A stretch of 48,553 nucleotides of DNA from Atractiella rhizophila (Eukaryota), in the NCBI GenBank assembly GCA_021432655.1, contig MU271535.1, positions 1 to 48,553 on the forward strand, read 5' to 3'. The translations under genes were made by a program, and so were the position numbers. Positions 24,493-36,772 of the stretch are shown piece after piece; position 1 is the first letter of the stretch; each line of letters starts with the position of its first letter. A model generated the notes under the pieces. The model was not told the DNA's origin. It was given only the letters and a program-made list of their open reading frames with translations, and did not search any database.

Positions 24493-25972
24493 ATGGCAGA
24501 CGAAGCTCAGAAAGAAAAGCAGCTCGGTAATGACGCTTACAAAAAGGCACGTCTTTCCCATTGCCCGAGTACCGCACCTGATCAGTGCTCCATGATCGAA
24601 TCCACAGCGGGACTTCGAGACCGCCATTGCACATTACGAGAAGGCGTGGGAACTTCATAAGGATATTACTTTCTTGACTAATCTAGCAGGTTCGTCTACA
24701 TCATACCGTTGTACTGTTGTGGAGTTATTGCTCATTTTCGTTTGGGACATCACAGCCGTATACTTTGAGCAAGAACGGTACCCAGAGTGTGTCGAGACGT
24801 GTCAGAAGGCTGTCAGTTCCCAATTACTGACATAGGATAGGGATGGTGCTCATGGGCTCATTAGGTAGATGAAGGACGGGACATGAGAGCAGACTACAAG
24901 CTCATCGCGAAGTGCGTTATCTTTTGCTTATCCGTGATTTCGTTTGTTTATCTGGGTTGGTGGGCGAATAGAGCTTTCGCGAGGATGGGATCTGCTTACT
25001 CAAAGCAAAACGACTACGAGAACGCGATCAAGTTCTTCAATAAATCTTTGACAGAGCACAGGACTCCGGATGCATTGGCCAAACTCAAAGAGGCGCGTTG
25101 ATTCCCTCCATGTACCTGTGTAACGTTTTAAACATTCTGTTTAGGCTGAGAAGCTGAAGGCGGAGGCGGATCGCTTAGCATACGTCAATCCAGAATTGGC
25201 AGACAAGGCTCGAGAAGAGGGCAATGTGCTGTTCAAAGTATGTTCCTCGTTATTTATTGCGTACCATATGCCGATCAATTCGTAGGCTGGAGATTTTGCA
25301 GGATCAGTTAAACTGTATACCGAGTCCATCAAGCGCAATCCGGAAGACCCCAAAGGTTACACGAATCGCGCAAGCGCTTATACTAAACTAATGGCGCTCA
25401 GTGAGGCTCAAAAAGATGCGGATAAGGCAATCGAGATGGATCCAACATTTGGTGTGTCGCTTCTAATTTTGCCTTCCGCCGCTAAAGTCTGGCCTGGAAT
25501 ACAGTGAAAGGATACATTCGCAAGGCCAATGTTTTACTTGCTATGAAGGACTTTGATAAAGCACTTCAAATTCTGGAAAAGGTGATGACACAGCTTTTTC
25601 TGACATTGTCAACTGATGTCTTGAACCGTTAGGCTTCAGAAGTGGACGTCGAGAAGAAGAATTCGACTGAGATTGGTCAAGTGACCCGAAAAGTGATGGA
25701 AGCAATGTACACCACCCGATCGACAGAGACAGAGGAACAGACTCTGGAGCGCGCAATGAGAGATCCTGAGGTTCGAGTACGCCGCCAATGACTTCTTCAA
25801 TTTAGCATAGAGTCTAACAAGGATGCAGAACATTATGACTGATCCGATCATGCAAGATATCCTACAACAGTCTCAGCGCGATCCAGCAGCGCTTCAAGCG
25901 CATCTCAAGAACCCAATGATCCGAGAAAAGATTCAGAAACTTGCTGCAGCGGGAATTATCAGGACGAGATGA
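24493..25972 (+). CDS. STI1: Hsp70/Hsp90 organising co-chaperone Sti1/Hop, short TPR2A-TPR2B-DP2 form
   Basis: Spliced: MADEAQKEKQLGNDAYKK|RDFETAIAHYEKAWELHKDITFLTNLA, RADYKLIAK, KSLTEHRTPD, YVNPELADKAREEGN, YTNRASAYTKL, AMRDPE, DPIMQDILQQ, KIQKLAAAGIIRTR*. Confidence 0.93.
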
Positions 25973-26077
25973 TCCTCGATAGCGAAAAGAAATGTAATAT
26001 TTGTTTTAACTAGGAAGTCGAAGTTGCAATTACCCCTGATAACAGAGAAATGTATGCAACAGAAAATGCAAGGTACA

Positions 26078-27600
26078 CTAATGCTTCGCCCGCTTCTTGC
26101 TTCTTGCTCGTGACATTGACATCCCAGCCTCCACTTCATCATCATTTCGATCTTTGTCGTCCTCGTCCTCCCAAATCTCCCCACCTTTTCTCTTCCTTCC
26201 TCTCTTGCCACCATGTCCCTCATTTCCTTTCTCTCTTAACTCCCTGCCTGCCTCCCGACTGGCCTCTTCAACCCTCTCACGCAACATCATCATTTCTTCC
26301 TTTTTGTCCGCCCCTTTCACGCCTGGCCATTCCTCCATCTTCAGTCCTATCACGCCTTCTATCCGTTGGAACACCTCCACATCGTATTGTGTAACGAGAG
26401 TGATGGACTTTCCTGACCGTCCAGCTCGTGCTGTTCGTCCCACCCGATGCACATAATCTTTAGAATTTGTAGGGAGCGAGTAATTGATGACATAGTCAAC
26501 GGAAGGGATGTCCAATCCACGAGCTGCGACGTCGGTACAGACGAGGATGTGCTTGTTCCCCTTGGCGGCTGCTGATTTGAACTTATTCAGGGCGGCTAGA
26601 CGTGAGGACTGGGAGAGCTGTCCATGTAACGGAATGGAGGGGAAGGAGAGGATCCGGAGGAGGATGGAGAGCCGTTGGGAGTCGGCAACCGTGCGTGTGA
26701 AGATAATTATCAGGTGGGATGTGAGAGAAGTGAGAAGGTAGAGGAGATGCAGGTCTTTGTGGTTCACGGGAGTGAGAATATAGTATTGTTGAAGGGTGGA
26801 CACCGTCGAATACCTGCCTCCTAATCAGATGTGCTTTCAAGCTTGAACCCACGGTTGTCACTTACTTTGATGATACTTCAACTTTGACAGGGCTTTGAAG
26901 AGAAGCTCGTTGAAGCTTGCCTACTTTTGAAGTCATAGTTGCAGAAAAGAGGTATGTATGCCTATCTCGGGGCAAGAGTTTCAAGATTTTATCCAACTCG
27001 GCACCAAAGTCAAGCTCGAGTAGTCGATCAGCTTCGTCGAGGACCTTTTCTGACATTTGAACCCATTTCTTTGTCGCGCAATAAAATACACACCAGATAT
27101 TTGAGTTGGTTAAGGGAGAAACCTTTGGTGTGCTCCAAATGATCGATCAGCCGTCCAGGTGTAGCAATAATGATATGCGGTTTCTTAGCCAGCATGATGG
27201 CTTGCTGGACCGTGTCCATACCTCCCACAATTGTGCACGTCCTAACTCCTGCGCCATCTCCAAGAGACTGAAATACCTGTCCAATTTGGTATGCGAGCTC
27301 TCTGGTCGGTGCGATCACTACGCCGTAGAAAGGCTTTGGGTCTTCGTTGGTAAGAAGAGACTGCAAGATTGGAAGGGCGAACGCCAGAGTTTTGCCTGAT
27401 CCCGTCTGAGCTAGTCCAATGATATCCTTCCCTTCGAGAGCAAGAGGCAGGACACGAGCTTGAATTGGCGTGGGCACTGTGAGCTCGAGCTTCGCGAGTG
27501 CAGTCTGCAGATGCTCGTGCAGTTCGTACGACGTGAAGGGTTGGACCTCCTCCGCTGTCGAGTCCTGAGCTTTAGAAGTTGAAGCTTTACTCGAAGCCAT
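26078..27600 (-). CDS. RRP3: DEAD-box RNA helicase Rrp3 (DDX47)
   Basis: Q motif [78 protein letters not shown]. Confidence 0.96.
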
Positions 27601-27721
27601 CGTTAACGCGGGAACAGCCAGAATAAATTTTTGGCAGCGAAAGTCTTTAGGGTTAGGTCCTGTTCCCACTTTTTCTTTCATTTCACCTCACTCACAACAG
27701 CAACGACGACGATTGACTATT

Positions 27722-30196
27722 ATGTGGAAGCGCAACACATCTCAGCAAACTGGCTCAAACGAATCCCCTCTCGGTGCCCCTCGTCGCTGGGGTAACGCCA
27801 ACTCCAACAGCGCCACACCGGAAATCAAGGACGAGAAAGTAGACTCCCATCGTGGCACGGAACGTGAAAGGGACAGGTCAGACAGAGACTACAGGGACAG
27901 AGACCGCGATAGGGATAGGGATAGGGATAGACACAGAGATAGCAGGGATAGGGATAGGGGAGACAGGGACCGCCACAGGGACAGGGATAGCCACAGGGAC
28001 AAGGACAGGGACAGGGACAGAGAACATCGAGATCGTGATAGGAGAGGAGACCGACACCACGAGTCTCCTCGCGATACGGAACGAGTGAAGAGAGATGATG
28101 ACCCAATGCCCACTGTCCACGAACTGCCTCCGCCACCTGAACCAAATATGCAGCCTGGGGAGAAGAGGAGAAAGAGTAGATGGGGTGATTCAAAGCAAGG
28201 AGCAGGATCAATCGGCCCAACAGCTATTTTGAGCACAGCGGAAGCTATTGGGGAGACTCAGTTGGAGACATATGCTGGTGAGCTCTTCACGTCAAGGAGA
28301 ACAAATGGGTTTGGCGCTTTAAATTTCTTTTGTCTACGCGTCGCACAAACTTAAAGCTTTGAGTGTGAAAATCACAGACTTATGTGACGCCAAATGCGTT
28401 TGTAACAGCTAACTACTGATGTATTGGCTAACCATGCAAGAAAGCTGACATAGAGCGATGTCCTGTCTCTCGAGCTGTATTTTACTACGGTGCTGGTGGT
28501 AAGCGCCAATTGCTTCTTGCTTACCAGCACTGACGGTGTTGGACGCAGGAGTGTTTTGCTTTGTCTTGGTGAAACGTATTGGCGGATCGATGGTGTACAC
28601 TGTACCTGTCCTCCGAATTCTGCAAAATGCATTTCTTTTCAATCACATCTTGTACCAGCCGCATTTGCACTATCTCCAGGGCCATTGACTAACTGACTGG
28701 ACACTGACGCTGTTGCCTAGCCTCTGTACGTTTGGAAGAGATCTCGCGGATGTTACGAAGTGGCAACTACATTCCCCCTCCTCATCAGCGATCTCCTTCT
28801 CCTCCACCTACATATGATGGCCAAGGTCGGAGGACCAACATTCGCGAGGTTCGCTACCGTAAGCTTGACCTTTTCCTTTACCCTCACTTGCTTACACGCC
28901 GATGGAACCTAGGCAAGAAGCTCGAAGACGAAGCCATGCGCTTGGTGGACACTGCCATGAGAAAAGATCCTCAGTACAAGCCTCCTCCTGAGTTTATGCA
29001 AGCTCGTAAGAACGCCTGGGGCGGACGGGCTCAAGACAAGGTTTACATTCCTGTCAAGGAGTTTCCAGAAATCAATTTCTTCGGGTTCGTCACATTCTGT
29101 CTCCTTGGAAATCAGGTACTGAGCGCACATCCGCAGATTGTTGGTTGGGCCGAGAGGGCATTCGTTGAAGAATATGGAACGGCAGAGCGGCGCGAAGATC
29201 AGCATACGAGGAAAGGGGAGTGTGAAGGAAGGAAAGCAGCGTCCATTCGGGAACTTTCAAGACGACGAGGATGAAGATTTGCATTGTCTCATCACAGGGG
29301 ATTCCATGGATAAAGTGGAGGCTTGTGTCGCTCTAATTAACAAGGTCATAGAAACAGTGCGTGCTTCCCTTGTCTCGCGGCAAAGGCTCATGTTTCTAAT
29401 TAGGCGGCGAGTACGCCTGAAGGGGAGAACGATCACAAACGCAATCAGTTGAGAGAATTGGCGTTGCTAAACGGAACCTTGAGAGATGACGAGAACCAAG
29501 TTTGCCAGAATTGCGGAAATATTGGGCATAGAAAGTATGACTGCCCTGAGACCAAGGTCAGTCCCTAGATTTTCATTGCACCGTAGTTGAATTGATTGCC
29601 CTGTTTGTTAGAATTTTACTGCTGGCATCATTTGTCGCGTCTGTGGTGGAGCAGGACACATGGCTCGGTGTGTTGTCTGTTTTGCAGTTTGAGTGACCCC
29701 TGACTTTGTCTTAGTGATTGCACACAACGTCGTGGCCAGACCCAAGGCTATTCTGCTCCAATGGCCGCGCAGCCCACCCAATTCGACAGTGAATATGCAT
29801 CCCTCATGGCAGAACTAGGAGAAACAAGCCATGGTCCATCGGCACAAGTAGACGCCTACGGACAACCAGCTCCCCCTCAACCTCAGGAGAGTGGAATCGG
29901 ACCAAATGGAGAAAAGATTCCTCCGTGGAGAATTCCCAGTAACTGGTTAGTCAGTTCCCTGATTTGGAACAATTTGAAGGAACACATAACAGGCAATCCA
30001 ACAATACCCAGACTGGCGGAGGCACTGGCTATGGGCAACGAAACAATTATGCCATCCCTGGAGGATATACCTATAACAGCTACGGAGCACCAGTCGCTTC
30101 GTCGAGTGGAAGTGGGTACAATTGTAAGCTCGTCTAACGCTTCAGGTTTTACGCACTCAGTACGGCACAGATTATCATGTCCCCCCAACGATGTAA
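27722..30196 (+). CDS. MSL5: Branchpoint-binding protein BBP/SF1
   Basis: [36 protein letters not shown]2 ([56 protein letters not shown]); two zinc knuckles ([25 protein letters not shown]); [16 protein letters not shown]. 3' end approximate. Confidence 0.96.
27860..28050 (+). repeat. Arg-Asp dipeptide repeat (gatagg/gacagg hexamers) in the BBP N-terminus
   Basis: Runs of gatagg/gacagg encoding RDRDRD...; explains the spurious low-complexity ORFs in other frames. Confidence 0.9.
28278..28720 (+). promoter_or_regulatory. Long BBP intron with branchpoint-motif clusters and a hairpin-masked cryptic 5' splice site (candidate autoregulatory element)
   Basis: GTGAGC donor at 28278 and TAG acceptor at 28720 restore [17 protein letters not shown] at 28409, 28416, 28428, 28445, 28530, 28689, 28693, 28704. 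Hairpin 28488-28532 covers GTAAGC at 28499. Confidence 0.6.
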
Positions 30197-30997
30197 ACAT
30201 TATTCCGCACCTCCAAAACGCGCACCTGTTGGCGAACGTCGGCCCAGGAAAAGTTGGAGCATGAAACTAACTTTTTTGGTGGTGCTTATGTCAACTATTA
30301 ACATTACCATACCTATGAAAGTTATGTAATACATTCGTTCTTTGGGTTTCAAGCAGAAAGACAATGCTAGAGTTGATATTACAGGTATAAAGTGGATGGT
30401 GACCATGTAATGCCATGGTGAAAGCATAACTAGTCAACACTCACTCAAAGCTGAAGAAGAGAACCTGGTCATCTACACTTACCGTTCATTCTGATAGATA
30501 ACATTTGTTGTCTAGTAGAGCTGCCTTTGGAGTAAAGGGGAACAGGTAGCTTGGTACTAGTACTAATGCCAGCCCTTTCTTGCACACGTATTGCAGACTC
30601 GAATACATAAACTTTATTCCCTATTAGGCATTTCTGTCAATCAAGTGTTTTAATCTCAACGACACAGTCCAAAAATTTCATCAGCTCGTGCACGTATCTT
30701 CGTGTGTTCTTCCCCATCTATCTGAGCAGCTTGGGTGCACAGTGCTAGTAGCCCCGACTGCTGTGAAATATTCAATTCCAAGGTCTGGAATGTTGAATCC
30801 TACCTTGGAACGATTAGAAAGCAACATTCATCGGGGAGAAAATTTTCGGACAATAATGGGTATCTTTTTCGACTACGAAACTGAAGGAAATGCGAGAAAA
30901 GGAGAGTACATATATATCCAAAAACAACTTGGAAATAACGAAGGAAGCGCCAACAGATGTAGAAATCATAAAGGTTCATAGTCCATGTCGTCAACTA

Positions 30998-33900
30998 TTA
31001 TTTCTCACATATTTCGGAACACTCTCGCAAACGTCTGACATCCAGGCACTTCAGCTTTAAGCATGTAATATAAAGAGATCCATCCGCCTCAAAAGGGTAC
31101 ACCTCAGCAATTTCTTGAAAGGTGAGCACTTTTTGGACCACTGTTGCAATGTTGCGAAATTTATGAATGTTGATAAGAGGCTCTAGTGTCACGCCTTCGG
31201 GGAGGGGCGGTAGGTTCGAAAAGGCATTGGGGTCGATTACGCGGCAAATCTGACCTGTAGTAGGGTCAACACTGGCGGGATTGTTTGGTGAGGTTGGGTC
31301 AAGGAGTGAGGGCAACTCCGAATTGATGGCAAGGTCACGCAGGAAGATACCTTTACACAGATTACAGATTAGCCCTGTGTATGTTAGAGGAAGGGGTTGC
31401 GTACCAAAGAAGGGAATGCAGCCAAGCCTCGTATGCTTTGCTTTGGCAGATATGTTGTTCGATGATCGAGAAGCAACCAGTTTGGAACTCTGTCCGCCTA
31501 AAGGGCCCCATTCTTCTGCAATCTTTGCGGTTGTCGTCCGCAAACCTTTGAAGTTTCGAAGGTGCGAAGTAAACGTTTTGAGATCTCGGTAAACAGCCGT
31601 TTCCCACTTCGGAACCCGACGCCATGTTCTCCGAAGGCGCTCAACAGGAGTCGTTTGCAAACCATGAACGATTTGTGTGACACTTTGAAAGTTGTACTGA
31701 GTGTAACATTTCTACCATACTGTCAGCACAACCACAGCATTCAAATCGAGGAATATACCCAAGCAAGACGAATGAACTTTGCGATCAATGAAGCTCGCTC
31801 GTCCAAGTTGATTGTTAACACGATCTCGGAGGCGACCCAATTTGCAACCACATTAAAACGAGCAATCATAGCGTGAACTTCATTGGGACTTAACTCTTCC
31901 CCTTTTGATTTCACTTCCATTGCCGCTAGTCGCTGAGACTTAAGGTATTGCTCCCAATCCGTAATATCACCCAGAGGTTTGCGCTCTTGCCATGTACCTT
32001 CTACTAGTTCTCGCCATTGAACCGCTCTGAACAGATCACGCTCTATAAGGCAGAACTGTTGCGCAATGACCTCGGTACGATACATTAAAATAAATGATCG
32101 GTGAATCGGAGGTAGATTTGCCATATTCGAGCGTGCGAGTGCTAGAGCCGGGTGCGTCGGACCAGTAAACGCTTTTTGAGAGGATGTTTTGCGGCTTATC
32201 TTGCTTCTCCGCTTCGACTCACGGTGAACACGAGACCCTGTTTTGTTGGCATCCACGGACAGCGAAGTTGGTGCTACCATAACTGGCGCCGGCTGTGGGA
32301 TGATTTCCATTTCACGCTTCACCTCGGGTAAATCTGAATCTTTGGTTGAAGATACCACAGGCATTTCGACATCGAGATCGGAGGCCAGGGAACCGGTACG
32401 GGAATGAGAATAGCTATCGTCTGTGGCAACCGAAGAAGCAGTTTCATCTGGATCAGTCTCAGAGGCCGATTGAAGGGCGACCCTCATAGATTTCTCCATT
32501 TGCTTGTCAACCGTCCGGGACTTGTTCCTCTGCTTCTTCTCGTCAACGTGGCCTTCCAGTCGTCTCAAAGCGGCTTCTACGTCTCCCTCCGAATCATCGC
32601 TGTCGATACCCTCGAGGACGAAATTGCTGATTTCGAACGGCGCCGGAGCAAACTCATCGTCATCAGCTTCGGAGGACACAACAGAAGCTGACGCTGGCTG
32701 TTTGCCGATTCGCTGAGTGCCGAAGGAAGAAAAGGTATCCATCGAATCCCGAGGGGGAGCCGTTGTCAGGTTCCTCAAATTACCGGCAGTGCGCAGATTG
32801 CTTGCGGCTGGGAGTCGTCGCAGAGTCTTTTTCACAGGTCCATGCGCTTCGCTGTCATCTGATAGATCCAGGTCGTCTAACTGAATAGCGGATTGCACGG
32901 ACTGAACTGTTTGACGAACAGACTTTCCTCCAAAGCTCGGCATCTTAAAAGACTTCACCCTGTCTATTTGGCTCCTACGAGATGCTTCCGATTTAATTGT
33001 TTGGGTACTGACGGAATGGTGCAGCTCCGGTGAGCCTACCTCCAAACTCTGCGTATTCGGCTTTGCTGCTGGGGTCGTCGGTGTATCAGTTTGGTCTGGA
33101 ATCTCTTCAAAAGGAGCAACGTGACTCGCGGCCGCCACTTCTACTGGGGTCTCCCCTTCGTTCGCGGAATCCAGTGGGGTCGTAAGGCTATCAGATGATT
33201 GATTGGCCATAGATTCAGAGGCAGACGAGGGAGGGGCGGAAGAGGAAGATGACAGATCTTCAGCCGGAGTAAGAAGGTGATGTTGTTGATTGTTGTTCAG
33301 AAAAAACTGGAAGTACGACTCTAATGCGGCTTTGGAATACAGCAAATCTCCAGTTTGCGTCCGACCAATGTCAGCGTCATCAATGGCATCTAAGTTAACA
33401 CAAGCCGCCACAGTCGAACTTGTCCCTCTGTTACCTAATAGCCTTCGCATACGACCAAATGTGCCCATCGTACGGTCTAGATAACGACTGAAGCCGCTGT
33501 GACTGAATGGAAGGGCAGGCTGATGACCCGCGATGGGAGAGCTCCTGAAAACAGTCGAGGAAGGTGATTCGGGTGAACCTGAACCCATGCGACGATGCTC
33601 TGTATGAGCAAGGAGGACGGCAGATGCAGGACGGGCCTTGTTTGAAGGTGACCGCGATGATACCGTTTTCGGCACGCTGGTTGGTGCAGTCGATGAAAGG
33701 TCGAAGGGTTCCTTGATGTTCAAATCAAGGCTAGGAGCTTTTGTCGCTTCTGCCAGGTCAAGCTCCAAGTCAACTTCTTCGTCTGACGCGCCTTTTTCCT
33801 TCGTCGCAAGGACCTCTAACGAGTCTTCTAGTCCGTCATCCACGATTTCGCTATCTCGATCAGAAGTCATACTGTGCCTGTCCGACGCCAAGCTAGACCT

Positions 33901-36643
33901 CCCAGATCCAGAACTTCTGCTTAATTCCTCCCTGCTCTCGCTCACCCTGCCCAGCATAGGCATGACCGTGGCAGATCCACCAAAGTTTCCATCAGTCAGA
34001 TTCTTGGCCGCATCCGCCGCCTCAGCCGGTTGGAGGAGAGTGTACATTTCCTTCAAGCGCTTCACCACTTTCTTCAAACTCTTGATCAGGCGTTGGTCTT
34101 TCGGATTGTGTTGGATATATGCATCCTTTGCCACGTCATTCAACCATGTAGTTAGCGTTGTTCGAAGCTCCTTGTTCGGTAAGAAGTCTTGAGAAAAGAA
34201 GTTCAGCAACCAATAGCGGATAACGACAAAGGTTCGGACTCGAGCGATGCGACGAGCTGAATCATCTTCAGGAGATGAAGGTTCCATCATAGCCCACCGA
34301 AATCGGAGTATAAACAGCTTGAGAAGTTGGAGAGGCGTGGTGATGCAACGATAAGTTAGAAACCAGTCCGTCAACAGGTCGGAATTCATCTTGGAGGTAA
34401 TCTCTGCGACGACGCGTTCCAAGGTTGCAGCCATGAGGACCCTTTCCGTCGAATGGGAAGCTGCAATGGATGGGAGAGACGAATCGGAGCTGTTGGCTAT
34501 TCGTTGGTTAGTTCAGTCTGAATCACTCATAACTGCTCTCGCTCACCCTGCCCAGCATAGGCATGACCGTGGCAGATCCACCAAAGTTTCCATCAGTCAG
34601 ATTCTTGGCCGCATCCGCCGCCTCAGCCGGTTGGAGGAGAGTGTACATTTCCTTCAGGCGTTTCACCACTTTCTTCAAACTCTTGATCAGGCGTTGGTCT
34701 TTCGGATTGTGTTGGATATATGCATCCTTTGCCACATCGTTCAACCATGTAGTTAGCGTTGTTCGAAGCTCCTTGTTCGGTAAGAAGTCTTGAGAAAAGA
34801 AGTTCAGCAACCAATAGCGGATAACGACAAAGGTTCGGACTCGAGCGATGCGACGAGCTGAATCATCTTCAGGAGATGAAGGTTCCATCATAGCCCACCG
34901 AAATCGGAGTATAAACAGCTTGAGAAGTTGGAGAGGCGTGGTGATGCAACGATAAGTTAGAAACCAGTCCGTCAACAGGTCGGAATTCATCTTGGAGGTA
35001 ATCTCTGCGACGACGCGTTCCAAGGTTGCAGCCATGAGGACCCTTTCCGTCGAATGGGAAGCTGCAATGGATGGGAGAGACGAATCGGAGCTGTTGGCTA
35101 TTCGTTGGTTAGTTCAGTCTGAATCACTCATAACGTTTAACGCTCACGCTTTTTGTCGCGTAAGCTCCAACGCTTACTCGGGACAGTGACATCCCCATCA
35201 AGTGTATCTGTTTTGGATAATCCGGCAGCTGTTGAGGAGCCAACCAATTTGGTTCCCCAAATCACAAAGCGAGGATCATCGCCTGGGTAAAATGAACTCG
35301 GAATCTCGATATTGGACTTTGACGACCAATGTTGTTCACTCTGAGTAACATCGACAGACGATCGACTGCCGTTCATTTGAGAACCCGAGGGAGTCATAGT
35401 TGCAGTAGCTTCAGGAGAGAAAGAGTGAAAGACGTCAAACACGGTTGGGTCGTCATCCTTCTTCAGTCGTCTTCTCTTCGTCTCGCGACCATCTTCCACA
35501 CCAGGCTGTGGGCTCCCATTCTCTCCTTTGGCCGTCCTAATGCTCTCATAACTATACGTTTCCCTAATCCCCAGATGATCTCTTCCCCATCCCGATCCGA
35601 CTTTGACTCCACGTCCAAAAGGACTTGTTCGCGTCGCGGCTTCACCGTGATGAGCTGTAATAGAGGGGGTGATTGTCGCGCGGGAAACAAGGGGGGGACG
35701 TCGTTCTCTGTCCTCGCCTTTTTCGCCAGTTTTCTCTCCACCGTCCAACTTCGGAGTTAGGAGTTCAGAAGCTGACCCTGTGTCCCTAGTCGCTTCGGTA
35801 GGAGTGAGAATAGCGAGCTCCTCCTCTTCCTTCAACTCTGGCTTTTGAGGTAAAGAACGGGAGATAGGCATTGGAGTGGGAGTGCTGTGGCCTGAATTCC
35901 ATCCGAGTATTTTCCCCAAAACATCGCCATCCTCCTCTACCCAGTATCGCATCTTGCCGCTAGCGTTCTGTCCGGCGGGCAAGGCAAAAGTGGGGACAGC
36001 ACTGGATGTAGTGCCGCTGCCTGGAGGTCGGTAGAAGCCCTGGGCGTCGGGGTGAATGATTCTGACTGAACCCGACCCATTGAGAGCAATGGCTGATCGA
36101 GAACCTTTCAGACCAGGATTTGAAGAGGAGGAGGAAGCATTGAGACGAGAAGTTGAAGCGGATGGAGAGAGAGGTGGACGATCCTGTGGTTGCGGAGACG
36201 TAGGAGAACGCGGGCTTTGAGAAGCTTTTTGAGGCGTCGCTAGCAGTGTAAGAGGAGACATACCGTATGCGATAGACGGTCTTGCCGTTCACTACGCGAC
36301 GCCTAATAACATAAGACTGCTTATCTTCCCTCTCCTTCTCGTTGTACAACTTGGCCATCGCCTTTGCAGCCTGCAGACTCGTTGTTTCGACGAGGTCGCT
36401 TTCCAGCTCATCTTGGTTGTCGTCCAAGAGTTCGAATTCTATATCTTCTTCGCCTTCCTTGCCTGGAAGAGGGTTGGGCGACGGCGTAGGCAGTGGTTTG
36501 GGAGAAGGCGTTGGCGAGGGATTGGCGAAGGAGAGATGATCGTCGAACTCGGCTGGAGGGACGTCTGCGTCTGCGGTGGCAGCGGAGGAGCCAGGGTTGT
36601 GAGCGAGAGAAGCTGTGGACACGCTCAGGGGGGACATGAACAA
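30998..36643 (-). CDS. Ras guanine-nucleotide exchange factor (REM/RasGEF_N + CDC25 domain, Lte1-like layout), interrupted by a tandem duplication
   Basis: REM domain MAATLERVVAEITS...DWFLTYR...RVRTFVVIRYWLLNFFSQDF; CDC25 domain IAQQFCLIERDLF, ARFNVVANWVASEI, RLRRTW, GCIPFFG, LINIHKFR; long S/T/P-rich linkers. Confidence 0.9.
33932..35133. repeat. 601-bp direct tandem duplication (REM exon segment plus 3' part of the preceding intron)
   Basis: 33932-34532 and 34533-35133 match except for 4 substitutions I could find; the two ORFs translate identically over the REM domain. Confidence 0.97.
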
Positions 36644-36772
36644 TGCTTGCCTTTGTCTGGTCGTTGGTCAGTCGCCGTTCCCGCGTGTTCGATGTGAGTT
36701 CTTCAACCCGCTTCAACTCTTCAACAAAACTACAACCAGCTCTTCCAGTCTTTAGCCCTGTCAACCTCTAAA

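Noticed and set aside
27825..28236. Cys/Pro-, Ser/Leu- and Gly/Thr-repeat ORFs
   Set aside because: Alternative-frame and antisense shadows of the BBP RD repeat.
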